A stretch of DNA of 64,000 bases from Octopus sinensis (Eukaryota). Location: assembly GCF_006345805.1 (NCBI RefSeq), contig NC_043015.1:32798001-32862000 (forward strand), in the 5' to 3' direction. Positions 1-13,770 of this stretch are shown here, one piece after another. Below the pieces are notes generated by a model, which saw nothing but the letters and a program-made list of their open reading frames with translations, searched no databases and was not told the origin of the DNA. A program made the translations under genes and the position numbers. Each line of letters starts with the position of its first letter. Positions within the stretch are counted from its first letter, which is position 1.

Positions 1-149
1 CAAATATTTTATAATTATAAGCATAATTATAATTAGGGTTCAGCTAATTGCCTCACCACATACCGAAATTAGAAAAAGGAGTTAAAAATTCCTTGTCTAC
101 TACTATGAGAATCTCCATGACGGCAACATACCTTTTTACGAATGCAATA

Positions 150-160
150 TGTATATATAT

Positions 161-200
<40 letters not shown>

Positions 201-261
201 ACATACATATATAAACATACATATATATACATATATATATACATATATATATATATACATA

Positions 262-317
<56 letters not shown>

Positions 318-322
318 ATACA

Positions 323-356
<34 letters not shown>

Positions 357-370
357 CATACATACACATA
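150..370. repeat. Compound microsatellite (TA/GATA/TG/TACA), representative of dozens across the window
   Basis: Direct reading. Similar large arrays lie at about 4580-4700, 5080-5545, 23745-24140, 26770-26935, 28540-28770, 37250-37510, 45540-45915, 50380-51360, 57020-58130, 60000-61060 and 63750-63955. Confidence 0.95.
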
Positions 371-690
371 CGCAGGTTCCCGGGGTGTTAGCAGTGCCAC
401 ATTCCAGTGCTATATTGATCTACAGAATATATGTACAGCGTTAACCATCACTGTGTGTGTTGTCTTTTATATACAACATCTTTATGGACAAAGAAAGAAA
501 TATCAGCTGAACTGGTTTTAAACCTATGCTGGGATCTCACCCAGACTGAGTTCACATTGTATCTGCGCGCGCAGGTTATCATTGATATTTATCAGAATGC
601 CTACATTGTTTTACCACAGCCGCAGCAATACCCACTGGGGTGGCAACATTGTCCATCACAGCCACCCTTATTATATTCATTCATGTCATA

Positions 691-770
691 TGGCGACGAA
701 CAGGCAGAATCGTTACAGCACCGGGCATTCCATCCGTCTTTACGTTCTGAGTTCAAATTGCAACTTTTAT
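691..770 (+). mobile_element. SINE family A, 5' fragment
   Basis: TGGCGACGAACAGGCAGAATCG...TTACGTTCTGAGTTCAAATT, with a B-box-like GTTCAAAT, matches the head of the other family A copies. Confidence 0.6.
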
Positions 771-1089
771 GATATCAAGCATTTCAAATCACGTCTACCG
801 CGCAACAGGTAAAACGGCCTGTGTAGTTTCGCTACCAAAACATACAACACTAACACCTGATCAGCTTTAGAAGGATTAAGGTTTCAAACCTAAGCAACAG
901 CAGCACTACCCTACCACTACGCCTCAACCCCACCACCACTACTATCTCCGCCACCACCACCCCCGCATCTACACTAACCCGCTTCAACCCCTGCCGCCTT
1001 CCCTACCTCCACCGCCATCACACAACCTCTCAACCACCACCATGACCAGTACTACTACTACTAATCCTACTCCTACTACTACTACTACA

Positions 1090-1124
<35 letters not shown>

Positions 1125-1755
1125 CTTGACGACGACGACGTACTGCTGGTGTGTCATCGGATCTTATTTCGCCGACATCACCGACATCTCACTCCGAGTC
1201 ACATACTTTCCATACTAGCGATAAAATCATGACCACCTTCACCACCGCTACTATCACTACTTTCACCACCACCATCACCACCACCACCAACACCACCACC
1301 ACCACCACCTACTGTCACAAGTGTCAACAACCTCACATTCTTGTGTCACTTTTACGGCAGTTTAACATTTTAATCAGGCAAAAATAAAACCTAACACCAT
1401 TTTAATCATTCCTCTTGGTCAGTTGGGTGTGAAAGAAGTGGACGGAGGTGTCAACGCTGGACAGCAGAAGTAAGCAATTCAATGTAATCCGAACACGGAG
1501 CTCGGGGAAGTTTATACTTGTCAGAAAGCGGAGTTATGTTTAGATAGTAGAAGTGGGTAATGTTTCATTGTTTCAAGTGTCACTACTGTTGTGGTCAGTT
1601 GTTTATTTCTTACTGGACATTGGTGTTTAGCAATAGCCTAGTAGTAGCATGTACAATTTATAATTTTTTTTCTTTCAGCGTACATAAGTTAAAAGTTCAG
1701 AGGTAATATGTGTAAAGTATACATCACGGTCAGTAAAAACGAGTGTCGAAACTGC

Positions 1756-1944
1756 GGCGCAGGCGTAGCTATAGGTCTTGGCGTGGCTGTGCGGTAAGAA
1801 GCTTGCTTCGCAAACCACATGGTACCGGGTTCAGTCCCATCACATTGCACCTTAAACAAGTGTCTTCTATTATAGCCTTATAGCCTCGGGTCAACCAAAG
1901 CCTCGTGAGTGGATTTGATAGACGGAAACTGAAAGAAGCTCGTC
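1756..1944 (+). mobile_element. tRNA-derived SINE family B (CORE-like), 5' half
   Basis: A-box-like TGGCTGTGCGG, B-box-like GGTTCAGTCCC, and GCACCTTAAACAAGTGTCTT, which resembles the CORE-SINE GACCTTGGGCAAGT motif. Confidence 0.75.
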
Positions 1945-1973
1945 TCATATATATTATATATATATATATATAT

Positions 1974-2004
<31 letters not shown>

Positions 2005-2109
2005 TGATAGAAATGGCAAGACAACAAAAGAATGAAAGAGACTTCGGTATTATGTAAATAGAGGAATTTATCTGTAAATGTAATATGTGACAATATTCGG
2101 TAGCCAAGT

Positions 2110-2510
2110 ATATTCTTTTCTACTTATGTACACGGCCCGAAGTTTTGGGGGAGGGGCCCCATTGATTAGATCGACCGCAGTACGCAATTGGTACTTAATT
2201 TATTGACCCCGAAAGGGTGAAAGCAAAGTCGATCTTGGCGGAATTTGTATTCAGAATGTAATAGTAGACGACATACCTATTTCTTTACTGCCCACAAGGG
2301 GCTAAACACAGAAGGGACAAACAAGAACAGACAAACGGATTAAGTCGATTACATCGACCCCAGTGCGTAACTGGTACTTAATTTATCGACCCCGAAAGGA
2401 TGAAAAGCAAAGTCGATCTTGGCGGAATTTGAACTCAGGACGTAACGGCAGACGAAATACCGCTAAGCATTTCGCCCGGCGTGCTAACGTTTCTACCAGC
2501 TCGGCGCCTT
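2110..2510 (-). mobile_element. Dimeric SINE family A (monomer + 60-bp linker + headless monomer)
   Basis: Two copies of GGTACTTAATTTAT.GACCCCGAAAGG.TGAAA.GCAAAGTCGA separated by the linker at 2277-2336. Same architecture at 59224-59625. Confidence 0.8.
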
Positions 2511-2985
2511 AAACAGGATTGAATATTACAAACATTCCAGTCAGGTGGTCGATCTTGGGATAACTTCTTCTCTTTCTTCCTCTCACTAGATTAAGAGACC
2601 TTGCACAAAGGGACCACGGCTGCTCCATTCCATTTCCCATTTTTTATAAGCCATAAATATGAGAAAATGCCCCTTTATCAGCGGTTCGTTTACATAAGAG
2701 TGATGATTTCTGCTGACCAAGGGAAGCTATATATGTCTTGAGTAATTTGGTCAGTTGGTGATCCATTTCCGGACTTTGGCGTTAAATTTTTAATTAACAG
2801 GTAAACGACGAACTGAATGTTGCTTGAGTGTTGGTCGAAACAATGTTAATAGAGGAATCAAGTGGGTTTTAATTTGTTTTGGCCTGCTCGTTATCTGTTG
2901 TCGGATATTGGTGTTAAATAGAAGTCCATTGATTGTAATTTCATTAAACTATCTCAGAAGAGACATCGGTGTTAAGTTAACCGTT

Positions 2986-3139
2986 AGGTGTGGTTGAGTG
3001 GTAAGAAGTTTGCTTCTCAAACTGATGGTTCCGGGTTCAGTTTCACTACATGGCACCTTGGGCAAGTGTCTTCTAGTATAGCCTCGGGTCGGCCAAAGCC
3101 TTGTGAGTGGATTTGTTAGACGGAAGCTGAAAAAAGCCC

Positions 3140-3176
<37 letters not shown>

Positions 3177-3390
3177 GTGTGTGTGTGTGTGTGCGTGTGT
3201 GTATTAATTTTTCTCATCCAATACTGCTTGACAACCGGCAAAAGAGACCGATAGAATAAGCACCAGTTTTAAAAAAAATAATGTACTGGATCGATTCGTG
3301 CGACTAAAAACTCTTCCAAGGCAGTGCCCCAGCATGGGCAAAGTCCAATGACTGAAACAAGTGAAAGATAGAAGATAAAAGATGTGTTGT
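2986..3390 (+). mobile_element. SINE family B, near full length with central (TG)n
   Basis: tRNA-like head, GGCACCTTGGGCAAGTGTC, (TG)n, then a 3' module TTGACAACCGG...GAGACCGATAGAATAAG...CCAGCATGG...AATGACTGAAAC. Confidence 0.8.
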
Positions 3391-4578
3391 ACACTGACCA
3401 TCTCACTACTGTCTCTTTAGTAATTGGGTTGTCTAATTGCAGCAGGGGTCGAAGAACTTTTTTAAATAATCGCCTCAAAATATATTTATTTACGCTGACG
3501 TTACCCCTTTGATTTGAAAGGGAGAAAATCATAGATTCTTTGAATTCAAAAGGTTTATTGGATCTATTTATATGAAGATTACAATCATAAACATAGAAAG
3601 TATTGCCAGAAGAAAAATTTCATCCCTAACAAGGAACACGTTTTGTATATAATATTGCTTATGTCTAATGAGCCCTCATTATTCCCAAGAATTTCATTTA
3701 TCCTACTTGGGGGAATTTACCCCGGTTTGCCGACCCTTGACTTACAGTATCTAACTGCTCACATGTTTATCAGTCTGTCAGCCTGTAGTGCTGTCAGTCT
3801 GTCTGTGTGTTGCAGTTTTTGTTGTTATTGCTTGTGTTTAGACCCTGGTGAAGTCTGATCAAGATGACCCATGATCCAAAATCCTTCTGCCATCACCATT
3901 TTACCTTTTTTCTTTTTACGAGTATCTACGACTGTTGTATCTAATACTTCCTACCTTTTTTCTCAGACAGTAAGTTGCTATTTCAAAGACAGATTTGGCT
4001 GTTATTTCTTGAAAATTGAGAAACCGTTTAACGATTCCCTCGATGACTCGTCTGTATGATGAGTTGAGATTAGCTAAATAAAAACTGGAACAAGAATAAA
4101 CAAGAGAGAGAGAGAGGGGGGGGGAGGTCAGAAAGAGAAGAGATGTTGAAAGAGAGAGAGAGAGAGAGAGAGACATGATAACTGAAAAAAGTCAATGGAA
4201 AACAGAATCTACTTACAACAAATACACAAAAAATAAAACAAAAGTAAAAAAAAAAAAACTTGCTACAAATTAAAGAAATAAAATTGATTTGAAATCAGAC
4301 CATCGGGCTATTGATTTTCATTTATCGATACCAGTAAGGATGTGATATTTTTTTTCCTCTATCACTTTCCCTGGCTGCTCTACTAAATATATCATTTACT
4401 TTCTATATATCCATTTGTTTTTTTCTTTCTTACAGAATTTCAAAATGTTGTTATTTATTTATTTTTCTTCTTCTCGAAGATTCTTTTCTATTAAACTTTT
4501 ATTATTTCATTTTATCTTTCAAACAGTCCAAATGTTTAACTACCTGTCTCTTTAGCTGTTCGTTAGGATATCGGGTTT

Positions 4579-4642
<64 letters not shown>

Positions 4643-4643
4643 G

Positions 4644-4694
<51 letters not shown>

Positions 4695-4841
4695 GCCATC
4701 CATCTGTCTGCCTGTCTTTTATTTATCAATCAATCCACATATCTATGTGTGTGTGTGTGTGTGTGTATTTCTATGTTTGTATGTAGATAGGAATGTATGC
4801 ATGCATACGTATATGTATATATATTATATATACGTGCATGC

Positions 4842-4877
<36 letters not shown>

Positions 4878-4878
<1 letters not shown>

Positions 4879-5080
4879 CGGGAAGCTTTATGAAAATAAA
4901 CAAAAGACGAAGGCAGGTGGAAAACAAACGAACAATTGTATTAGTATGGCGCTCAGGAAATATAAATAAAACAAGTCTTTAACGTTTCGAGCCTACGCTC
5001 TTCAACAGAAAGATACACAGAGAGAGAAAAACACAGAAAGAAGGAGAGAAAAAAATGCGTGCAGTAGCTAACGAATCAAC
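4878..5080 (-). mobile_element. Hammerhead-carrying ~200 bp repeat (Penelope pLTR-like or retrozyme-like), divergent subfamily
   Basis: Flanked by (TA)n on both sides. Shares the CGCTCAGGAA block and ribozyme position with the copy at 27348-27545. Confidence 0.5.
4976..5013 (-). ncRNA. Minimal hammerhead ribozyme motif, A6U variant
   Basis: Reverse complement reads TCTTT-CTGTTGA-A-GAGC(GTAG)GCTC-GAAA-CG-T-T-AAAGA, with a 5-bp stem I TCTTT/AAAGA. Confidence 0.65.
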
Positions 5081-5116
5081 ATGTATATATATATATATAC
5101 ATACACATATACATAT

Positions 5117-5167
<51 letters not shown>

Positions 5168-5269
5168 CACATACGGCGGTGCATCTGCATAGCCGCAGCT
5201 ATGAGCTGCAACTACAGCAGAAAAAATTCGCATATATATAAGCATAATCATACACATATGCATATATAT

Positions 5270-5310
<41 letters not shown>

Positions 5311-5348
5311 TATATATATATATGCATGTATGTATGTATGTATGTACG

Positions 5349-5382
<34 letters not shown>

Positions 5383-5510
5383 TGTGTGTGTGTGTATATA
5401 TCTATATATGTATGTATTAATACATGTACATATAAACACACTAGAATTCTCACTAGAACGTACATAGAAACACATACACACACACACACATAAACACTCA
5501 CACACACACA

Positions 5511-5542
<32 letters not shown>

Positions 5543-6584
5543 TGAGATTATGAGACGTTCAGGAGTGAGCAACAATCCCCACCACCGAAACAAACACCAC
5601 CACCACCACCACCAGAACGAAACTAAACCAAACACAACAACAACAACAACAAGGTCGGCGAAAACAGCGCAACAACAAACCCCCCCACACACACCACCAC
5701 CACATACACCCCCACTCCCACCACCACCACCACAACAACAACAACAACATTGCATCTTATACAGGACAACTCATGCTTTTCCGAAAGTTGCAAATTTTTT
5801 TTTTAGATTTTACGCTTTCTGCACCAAAATATGTGGAAGATGGCGGAAAGATCAATTTATTTATTTTTTATTATTTTCTTTGATAATTTTTTTTTTTTTT
5901 TTTTGCTTTGCTTTGCTCTTATTTGTATTTTTCCCGGAATCGCTACAACGATGTATCGTCAGTCAGACATAGTGATTATTTTGCTGTTGTTGTTATTGTT
6001 GTTGTTGCTGGTGGTGGTGGTGGTGGCGATGCCAATGATGGTGATGTGGTCGGTACAGGACCAGCATTACCGGTAGACCGTGTAGAAGTGGGATATAGAA
6101 AAGAAGCTGCCGCAGTTGTGAATATGGCGGGGGTTTCAGCGATTCATAATGTTTGCTCTTCAGTGTAATAGTGTAATAATTTCCGTTGACCACCGTTGGT
6201 TCCATAATGATTCTTTGTCTCACGCCTCTGTAATCTGTTGACAATTGATGAGGAAACGTCTGAATAGCCACTGGCGACAGCTTGACGGTAGTCTGCGATT
6301 CTTTCTTTTTCTTTTTTTCTTTTTTTTTTTTACCAATTAACAACATATTACGTGTGTGTGTGTGTGTGTGTGTGTGTTGGTGTTCTCTTCGGTTCTGAGT
6401 TCTTGTGAAAGCTCCAACGCATTGCAACATCACATTGCATGCAATATTTTCCCATTTGGGAGGATGTCGGTATTTGTGTACATGGATGTGTGAGTAGTGT
6501 GTGTGTATGTGTGAGTAGTGTGTGTGTATGTGTGCGTATGCATATGTGTGTGAGTGTATATATATATATTATATACATTATACA

Positions 6585-6646
<62 letters not shown>

Positions 6647-8287
6647 TGTAGATTTATTCATTTATATATAAATTTATTGACCTATGTATACATATATGCA
6701 TACATATAAAATATGTCTAATATGAGTGTATGTTAGTGAGTGTGTGTGTCAGTGTGTGTGTGTGTGCGTGCTTGCGCACCATCCATTACGGAATATATTC
6801 GGAACACACACGCACACAGATATATATATATATGGATATATATATAAGTATACAGAAAGAGAGAGAGAGAGAGAAGTAGGCAGGGACAGCGACGGGTGAA
6901 CAAACAGAGCGAGTGCTAGATAGGTATATGTGCAGGTATACCTGTGGAAAACAAGTTCGCTTCGCAGCCACGTGTGCCGGGTTCAATCTTATTGCGCGTG
7001 CTCGACCTAAATCTTCGAGATAGAATGTGAAAGACAAAAATATGCAGAGCACGTGGTATGTGTGCCTGTAAGTATGTACGTGTGTGTGTGTGTATGTGTG
7101 TCTACCTATCTATGTATCTATTTGTCTGTTTTATCTATCTATCTATCTACCTATCAGTACATACATGTTGCAATGTGCTTCATCGCATTGTTACTTGCTG
7201 GGTTGTAAGTAGATGAACAGGACAATGTGCGAGCCAAAATTTCATAATCTTATCTTAGTTACCATCATCATATACATATTGATAATCTATTAATGAGAAT
7301 TATTTGAAATAATTTGCAGGCGAGGCAGTTTTATAGGAAGTTTTGGTGTTTATTATTTTCTCAAATATATTTTAACCCACGAAAAAATATAAAATGTAAT
7401 AGTTGTTTGGTTTTACTTAGATAAAAGGCCATCATTCTCAGCTTGCCCTCACTGCTATCTACAACAAAAACAAAAATGACAACGAGAGCGAACAAACCAG
7501 GGAGCCCTTTTGTGGTCACAGGACCTGTTAGAAATGGCAATTAAAACTCCTTCGATATAAGCCATACCACTTTGGAAACGAAACTGTATAACGTAGAGCT
7601 GAGATCTCAACACATAGAGAAAGGCGTGAGGGTCACAGCAGGGAAGTATTGGACCATAGGCCTGTTGGATCATTAGAACACCATCTTCACCATCACTACC
7701 ACTACCACCACCGCCATCACCATAACAGTCTCTACACAGTCATTGAACAAGAAACAGCAGCCAAATCTCGCTCAAATTACAAAGTACCACGTTATTAAAA
7801 AGGAACACACTGCAAAGTATTGTCCAAGGTAAACTATGCTTCAAAAACTTCAGAAGTCGGCTTAAACACGACTGGAATGCTTTTAACGGTAGATCTGATC
7901 TTCAAGACCGATAAGATCTAACCTAGGGTTAAACAACACCACCGACATACCCACCAACACCCAACAACCCCTCATCTGCCGTATTTCGTTTCTCCCGGAC
8001 TACCACTGTCTCCACCCACATCATCAGACCTACAGAAATCTCAAAATAGAAACATGGCTGATTTGAGCTTTCCGACGGCATTATGCACGTGCGCACGCCT
8101 CCGTACATATAGGTGAATGTATTAACGAGCTATATGTGTCCCTTAGTTCTTTAGTTTAGCCACTACTCTAAAGAACATGCTGGTGTGCGTCTATGTACAT
8201 ATGTATGCGCGGGAATTTATACATGTACATACATATATAATAAACATATTATATATAATATCTATATATATAATATATATATATATA

Positions 8288-9380
8288 CGTGTGTGTATAC
8301 CTACATATAAGTACATGGTTATATAGAGGTAGATATATATATATATATAATAATACAATCATACATACTTATTTATATATATTATATATGTATGAAGACA
8401 CGTAAATATATGTATATATGTATGTATATATGTGTTATTACAAGCATTTGTATGGTTTAGTATACTACATACACACACTTTTACTCAACCTACCCTTTTT
8501 TTCTGCTATGTTTGTTTGGTGTGGCACTAATTGTTTACAAACAACGTAACAAATAAATACACACAACACATACACACCTACAAACACGACCACCTCCACA
8601 AATATGTACATAAATGCACGTTTCAAATATCTGTATCTATCTATATATATATGTATGGTATGCGTGTGCGTATACATAACACACGGATATTATATCATTC
8701 ACTCATATTAACACACATATGCATAAATGTTTGTGTGTGTGTGTGAACACACACACATAAACAAATACACAGCACATCACACATAACCACAGTCCTTGAT
8801 TTTGCGCAAACCTCCTTTCCTTGCATGATTAATAAATCCACTTACACAGTGAAAAACTATGGCTGACTAGTGTTGAGCGTTCTCTCAGTCGCCGACAGAT
8901 GGCGCCACTGGTCTTTCATCCATGACTGTTTGCTTTATTGGCCGTCAATTGATCGAAATGGATTTTAATATTTACACTAACATTTCAAGAAATCGTGTTA
9001 AAATATAAAGAAACAAAATAAAAAAAAAACAATAAAACACGAACTGCAACCAAATTTCAACACTCGGGAAATGAAGGAAACAAATATATACACTCACGCA
9101 CACGTACACACACATATGTCCATGTGTATGTATGTATGTATGTATGAACGTATGTATGCATGTATGCATGTATGTATGTGTGTATATAATACACTATATT
9201 ATATGTTCATATATATATATATAATATATATATATATACATTATACATTATATATGGCCATACATATATGTATATATATGTGGTGGGGGTGTGTGTATTA
9301 TATGTATATGTAAATATATATGTTTGTGTATTATATATATACATATACACACACCACATATATATATATGTAAATGTATT

Positions 9381-9431
<51 letters not shown>

Positions 9432-10570
9432 GTGGTGTTATACCTACATATAAGTACATGGTTATAGAGGTAGATATATATATATATAAATAATACAATC
9501 ATACATACTTATTTATATATATATATATATGTATGAAGACACGTAAATATATGTATATATGTATGTATATATGTGTATATATACAAGCATTTGTATGGTT
9601 TATGTATACACATACACACACTTTTACTCACCTACCCTCTTTTTCTGCTATGTTTGTTTTGGTGTGGCACTAATTGTTTACAAACAACGTAACAAATAAA
9701 TACACACACACACATACACACCTACAAACACGACCACCTCCCACAAATATGTACATAAATGCACGTTTCAATATCTATCTATCTATATATATATATGTAT
9801 GGTATGCGTGTGCGTATACATACACACGTATATATATATTCACTCATATTCACACACACATATGCATACATGTTTGTGTGTGTGTGTGAACACACACACA
9901 TAAACAAATACACAGCACACTCACACATACCCACAGTCCTTGATTTTGCGCCAACCTCCTTTCCTTGCATGATTAATAAATCCACTTACACAGTGAACAA
10001 CTATGGCTGACATAGTGTTGAGCGTCTCTCAGTCGCCGACAGATGGCGCCACTTGTCTTTCATCCATGACTGTTTGCTTTATTGGCCGTCAATTGATCGA
10101 AATGGATTTTAATATTTTACACTAACATTTCAAGAAATCGTTGTTAAAATATAAAGAAACAAAATAAAAAAAAAACAATAAAACACGAACTGCAACCAAA
10201 TTTCAACACTCGGGAAATGAGGAAACAAATATATACACTCACGCACACGTACACACACATATATGTCCATGTGTATGTATGTATGTATGTATGAACGTAT
10301 GTATGCATGTATGCATGTATGTATGTGTGTATATATATACATATATTATATGTTCATATATATAATATATATATATATATATATACATATATACATATAT
10401 ATATGGCCATACATATATGTATATATATGTGTGTGTGTGTGTGTGTATTTATATGTATATGTAAATATATATGTTTGTGTATATATATATATACATATAC
10501 ACACACACACATATATATATATGTAAATGTATTTATATATACATATATATATATATATATATTATATATG
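8288..10570. repeat. Direct tandem duplication of a ~1.14 kb unit (8288-9430 and 9431-10570)
   Basis: Unique anchors recur at an offset of about 1143, e.g. TACCTACATATAAGTACATGG and TCTCTCAGTCGCCGACAGATGGCGCCAC. Confidence 0.9.
8892..8905 (+). promoter_or_regulatory. CTCF-like motif (second copy at 10036-10049)
   Basis: CCGACAGATGGCGC matches 13/14 positions of CCRSYAGRKGGCRS. Confidence 0.3.
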
Positions 10571-11755
10571 TACATATGCATATACACACAGATATATATA
10601 AATATATATATATGTGTGTGTGTGTGTGCATGTGTGTGCATGTGTGTGCATGTCTGTGTGTGTGTGTGTGTGGTGTGTGTGCTGTATTATTACTCCAGTT
10701 TTCATTTGTCAATTCATCAGAATGTAATCAGATGATTCAACAGATTGAAACGGAGGTAAATTGAATTCCTGAACTTTTTCAGTTTGAGGACTTTCTCCTC
10801 CCACACATACACACATACACACGCGCGCGCGCTTATGCACAGGCACACCACATAGGGCTTGCTCAAATTATCTTATAACATGTCTGCGATCGACCCAATC
10901 TTTGTGTGCATTTGAAACCCTGGAAACTATATGACAACCATTCAGATTGTAGGTACCTGAAATTGAACGATCCAGTACCATGCAAACTCTGCGTGCGATT
11001 TATGGTGATGGGCCACGCGTCTGCGAAATACTCACCTCTTTACCTGTCAATATAACCAGGTGGCATTTGCGTTAAGAAAGCCCCAACAATGAATTGCTTA
11101 TATGATTCTACAATGCGCAAAATATTTCAGCAACTTTTTTAAATATGATTCCTCATAGTATTTAATTACAAAAATATAACAGGATTTTTTAAATAACAGA
11201 TGGCTAAAATAGGAATTAAAATAGGAATTAAAGGGGTCCACAGATCAAAAATGTTGTGTGCTACTGAGATCTTCATTCTAACTGAGCATCTTATTTTAAA
11301 CATCTTTGTATTTAGATCGACACAAACTATCAATTGGATCTTTAAGTTTTGTTCACAGGAAAGGACTTCATATGAAACTTAAACGAATACTGTGAAATAT
11401 TAACAAATTGTGAATGAGCCTTCCAGGATTTTTATGTAAATGGTGTCAAGGTTTCAGATGTAACGAACACAAGTTTGAAGACAGCAAAAAAAAAAAAAAG
11501 GAGTGAGAGAGATATATAAACTGGATCATTGAAAGGAACAGAACAGCTTGTCAACGGTGTGCTGTACATTGGTCTCTTAGTGACTGAGGATCTGTTGCTG
11601 AGTAAAAGAGTTGTAGGCCTATTGGGCTACTTGAATTTTGTCTGGAATTATATGTATATGGATAAATAAATGAAATATTATATATATGTGTGTGTGTGGT
11701 GTATTATATAATATATATAATTATATATATATTATATATATATATATATATAATT

Positions 11756-11794
<39 letters not shown>

Positions 11795-12666
11795 GTACAT
11801 GTATATGTATATACATACTACATTATATATATATATCTATATATATATATATAGTGGGATGTCTGTGTGTGTTGTGTGTGCGTGCATATGTGGCTATGTA
11901 TCGTGATCCATTGGATGAAATAACAAACCCATTAACACAATATTAAAGAAGAAAGTAGGGACCACGGTAATTAGTTGTATTTCAACATTTCGGGGTTTGT
12001 TTGTTTACACTTCATTACTTCTGCTCACATCAACTGCCCCCTTTTCTTTTCTTCTTTTTTTTTTTGCTCACAGTTTAATCAACAATGTTGCTAAGTAAGA
12101 GAAATAGAAAAAAAATTGTAAAAGAAATACCAACAAAAATACCCTCCTACACAAACCATACATAATAAAAAAAAACCCCAAAATTTCCTTTTTGCTAATG
12201 GCTTCTTTATTTTCTCCGAATGTCAAAGTATATAAAACTCCTTGTCGTACAAACGATGTGAGAATATTGGAGCTAGTTTATCATTCGGACAGAGTTTTCC
12301 ACTAGTCAACTAGGTTTTCTATTTCGTTGGCTTTCGAATTCTTTCCTTCCTTCTTTCCTTCTTTCCTCCACTTCTTTTTACTCCTCTACCTTTAGTTTTT
12401 TCTCACTATATTGCCCCCCCCCCACGGCCATCCCCGCCATCTACTTGCATCCTCTTGAAAACTACTTCCGCCATTGAAATACGTGTGTTTTTAAGCGTTT
12501 AAAGAGTGAGCGTTAAGTGGATTGGCGGGGATTAAGTTTTGAAGGCAAACTAACAAAGATGGATTTGTCTACAGGGATAAAGTTACTAGAAAATGGAATT
12601 AGTACTTGACAATCTAGGATAGAGTAATGGCTCGCTTGACTGCAACAGAAATCTCCATTACAATGC

Positions 12667-12718
<52 letters not shown>

Positions 12719-12836
12719 GTAATAGCAAAAAATGCGTTACTATAGGAAATATAAGTACACTCACTCATAAGAGATAGTTAAGAGACAAATAACATAGAGA
12801 TAATGATAATGATATGTGAATGTATGTATGTTTACA

Positions 12837-12915
<79 letters not shown>

Positions 12916-12931
12916 ACAGAGACAGACAGAC

Positions 12932-12962
<31 letters not shown>

Positions 12963-13409
12963 TAGATAGATTAGTTACAGAATTCTCTGGAATCTTGGAG
13001 CATCAACATGTAGGTCACCAGGACTGGCAAGGAACTACGACGTTGTGTTTTCGCAGTAAGGTAAAACAAACATTAGGTGTCATTTGTTGGTAATTCACTG
13101 CAAGTATATATGTATATATATATATATGAAATTAAATAAATGACAAAGAAACAGGAAATTATGCTATGGATCCCAGTATCGTTCAGCAGTTTCTGCTATG
13201 AGATATGATGCACTCAGAGATAAGTGCTTGCGCATCACTTTGTAGCTTCCTCGGAACATTAAATCTGAGTTCTAGTATCAGGTTATTAGCATCGCTATAC
13301 CTAAGCGAAATTTTAATATATATAGGTTTATTGGCGTGGGGTGGGGTGTGTGTGCGTTTATGTGTATGTATACGTCTGTTTGTGTGTGTACGTATGTATG
13401 CATGTAGTG

Positions 13410-13460
<51 letters not shown>

Positions 13461-13569
13461 TCTGTCTGTCTGTCTGAATTTTTAGAACCTTATCTAGTTT
13501 GTACAGATACCATTTCTCTGTGGTTAGGAACCCATATTACTATAAGTTTTATTAATATCATTATTTTTG

Positions 13570-13770
13570 GGAGAATCGTTAGAGCACCATACAAAATGCG
13601 TAGTGGTAGTTAGTTACAGTCCTTTGCAATCTAAGTTCAAATCACGCCGAGGGTAACTCTGCTTTTCATCGTTTCGGTGTCGGTAAAAATCAATCCAGAA
13701 CCAACCAAGTACTGTGGTTGATGGTATTGACGAATACCTTCATTAAACATTGCTGGCCTCGTGCTTAAAA
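13570..13770 (+). mobile_element. SINE family A, diverged
   Basis: GAGAATCGTTAGAGCACC...AAGTTCAAATCACGCCGAGG...CTTTTCATCGTTTCGGTGTCG. Confidence 0.65.

Noticed and set aside
6245-6260. TTGATGAGGAAACGTC, a hammerhead-like string
   Set aside because: No stem II, no C3 and no convincing stem I.
5550-6433. Longer ORFs on both strands around 5550-6433 and a YY1-like AAGATGGCGG near 5847
   Set aside because: Overlapping low-complexity frames with no recognisable domain; a UTR or promoter role is possible but cannot be supported.
10721-11107. Exon-like segments at 10721-10755 (+) and 11044-11107 (-, ESYKQFIVGAFLTQMPPGYID)
   Set aside because: Isolated and short, with no recognisable homology or consistent partner exon; such signals arise by chance on both strands here.
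12981-13060. Exon-like segment EFSGILEHQHVGHQDWQGTTTLCFRSK
   Set aside because: The acceptor lacks a pyrimidine tract (it abuts a GATA/GACA repeat); no supporting homology.
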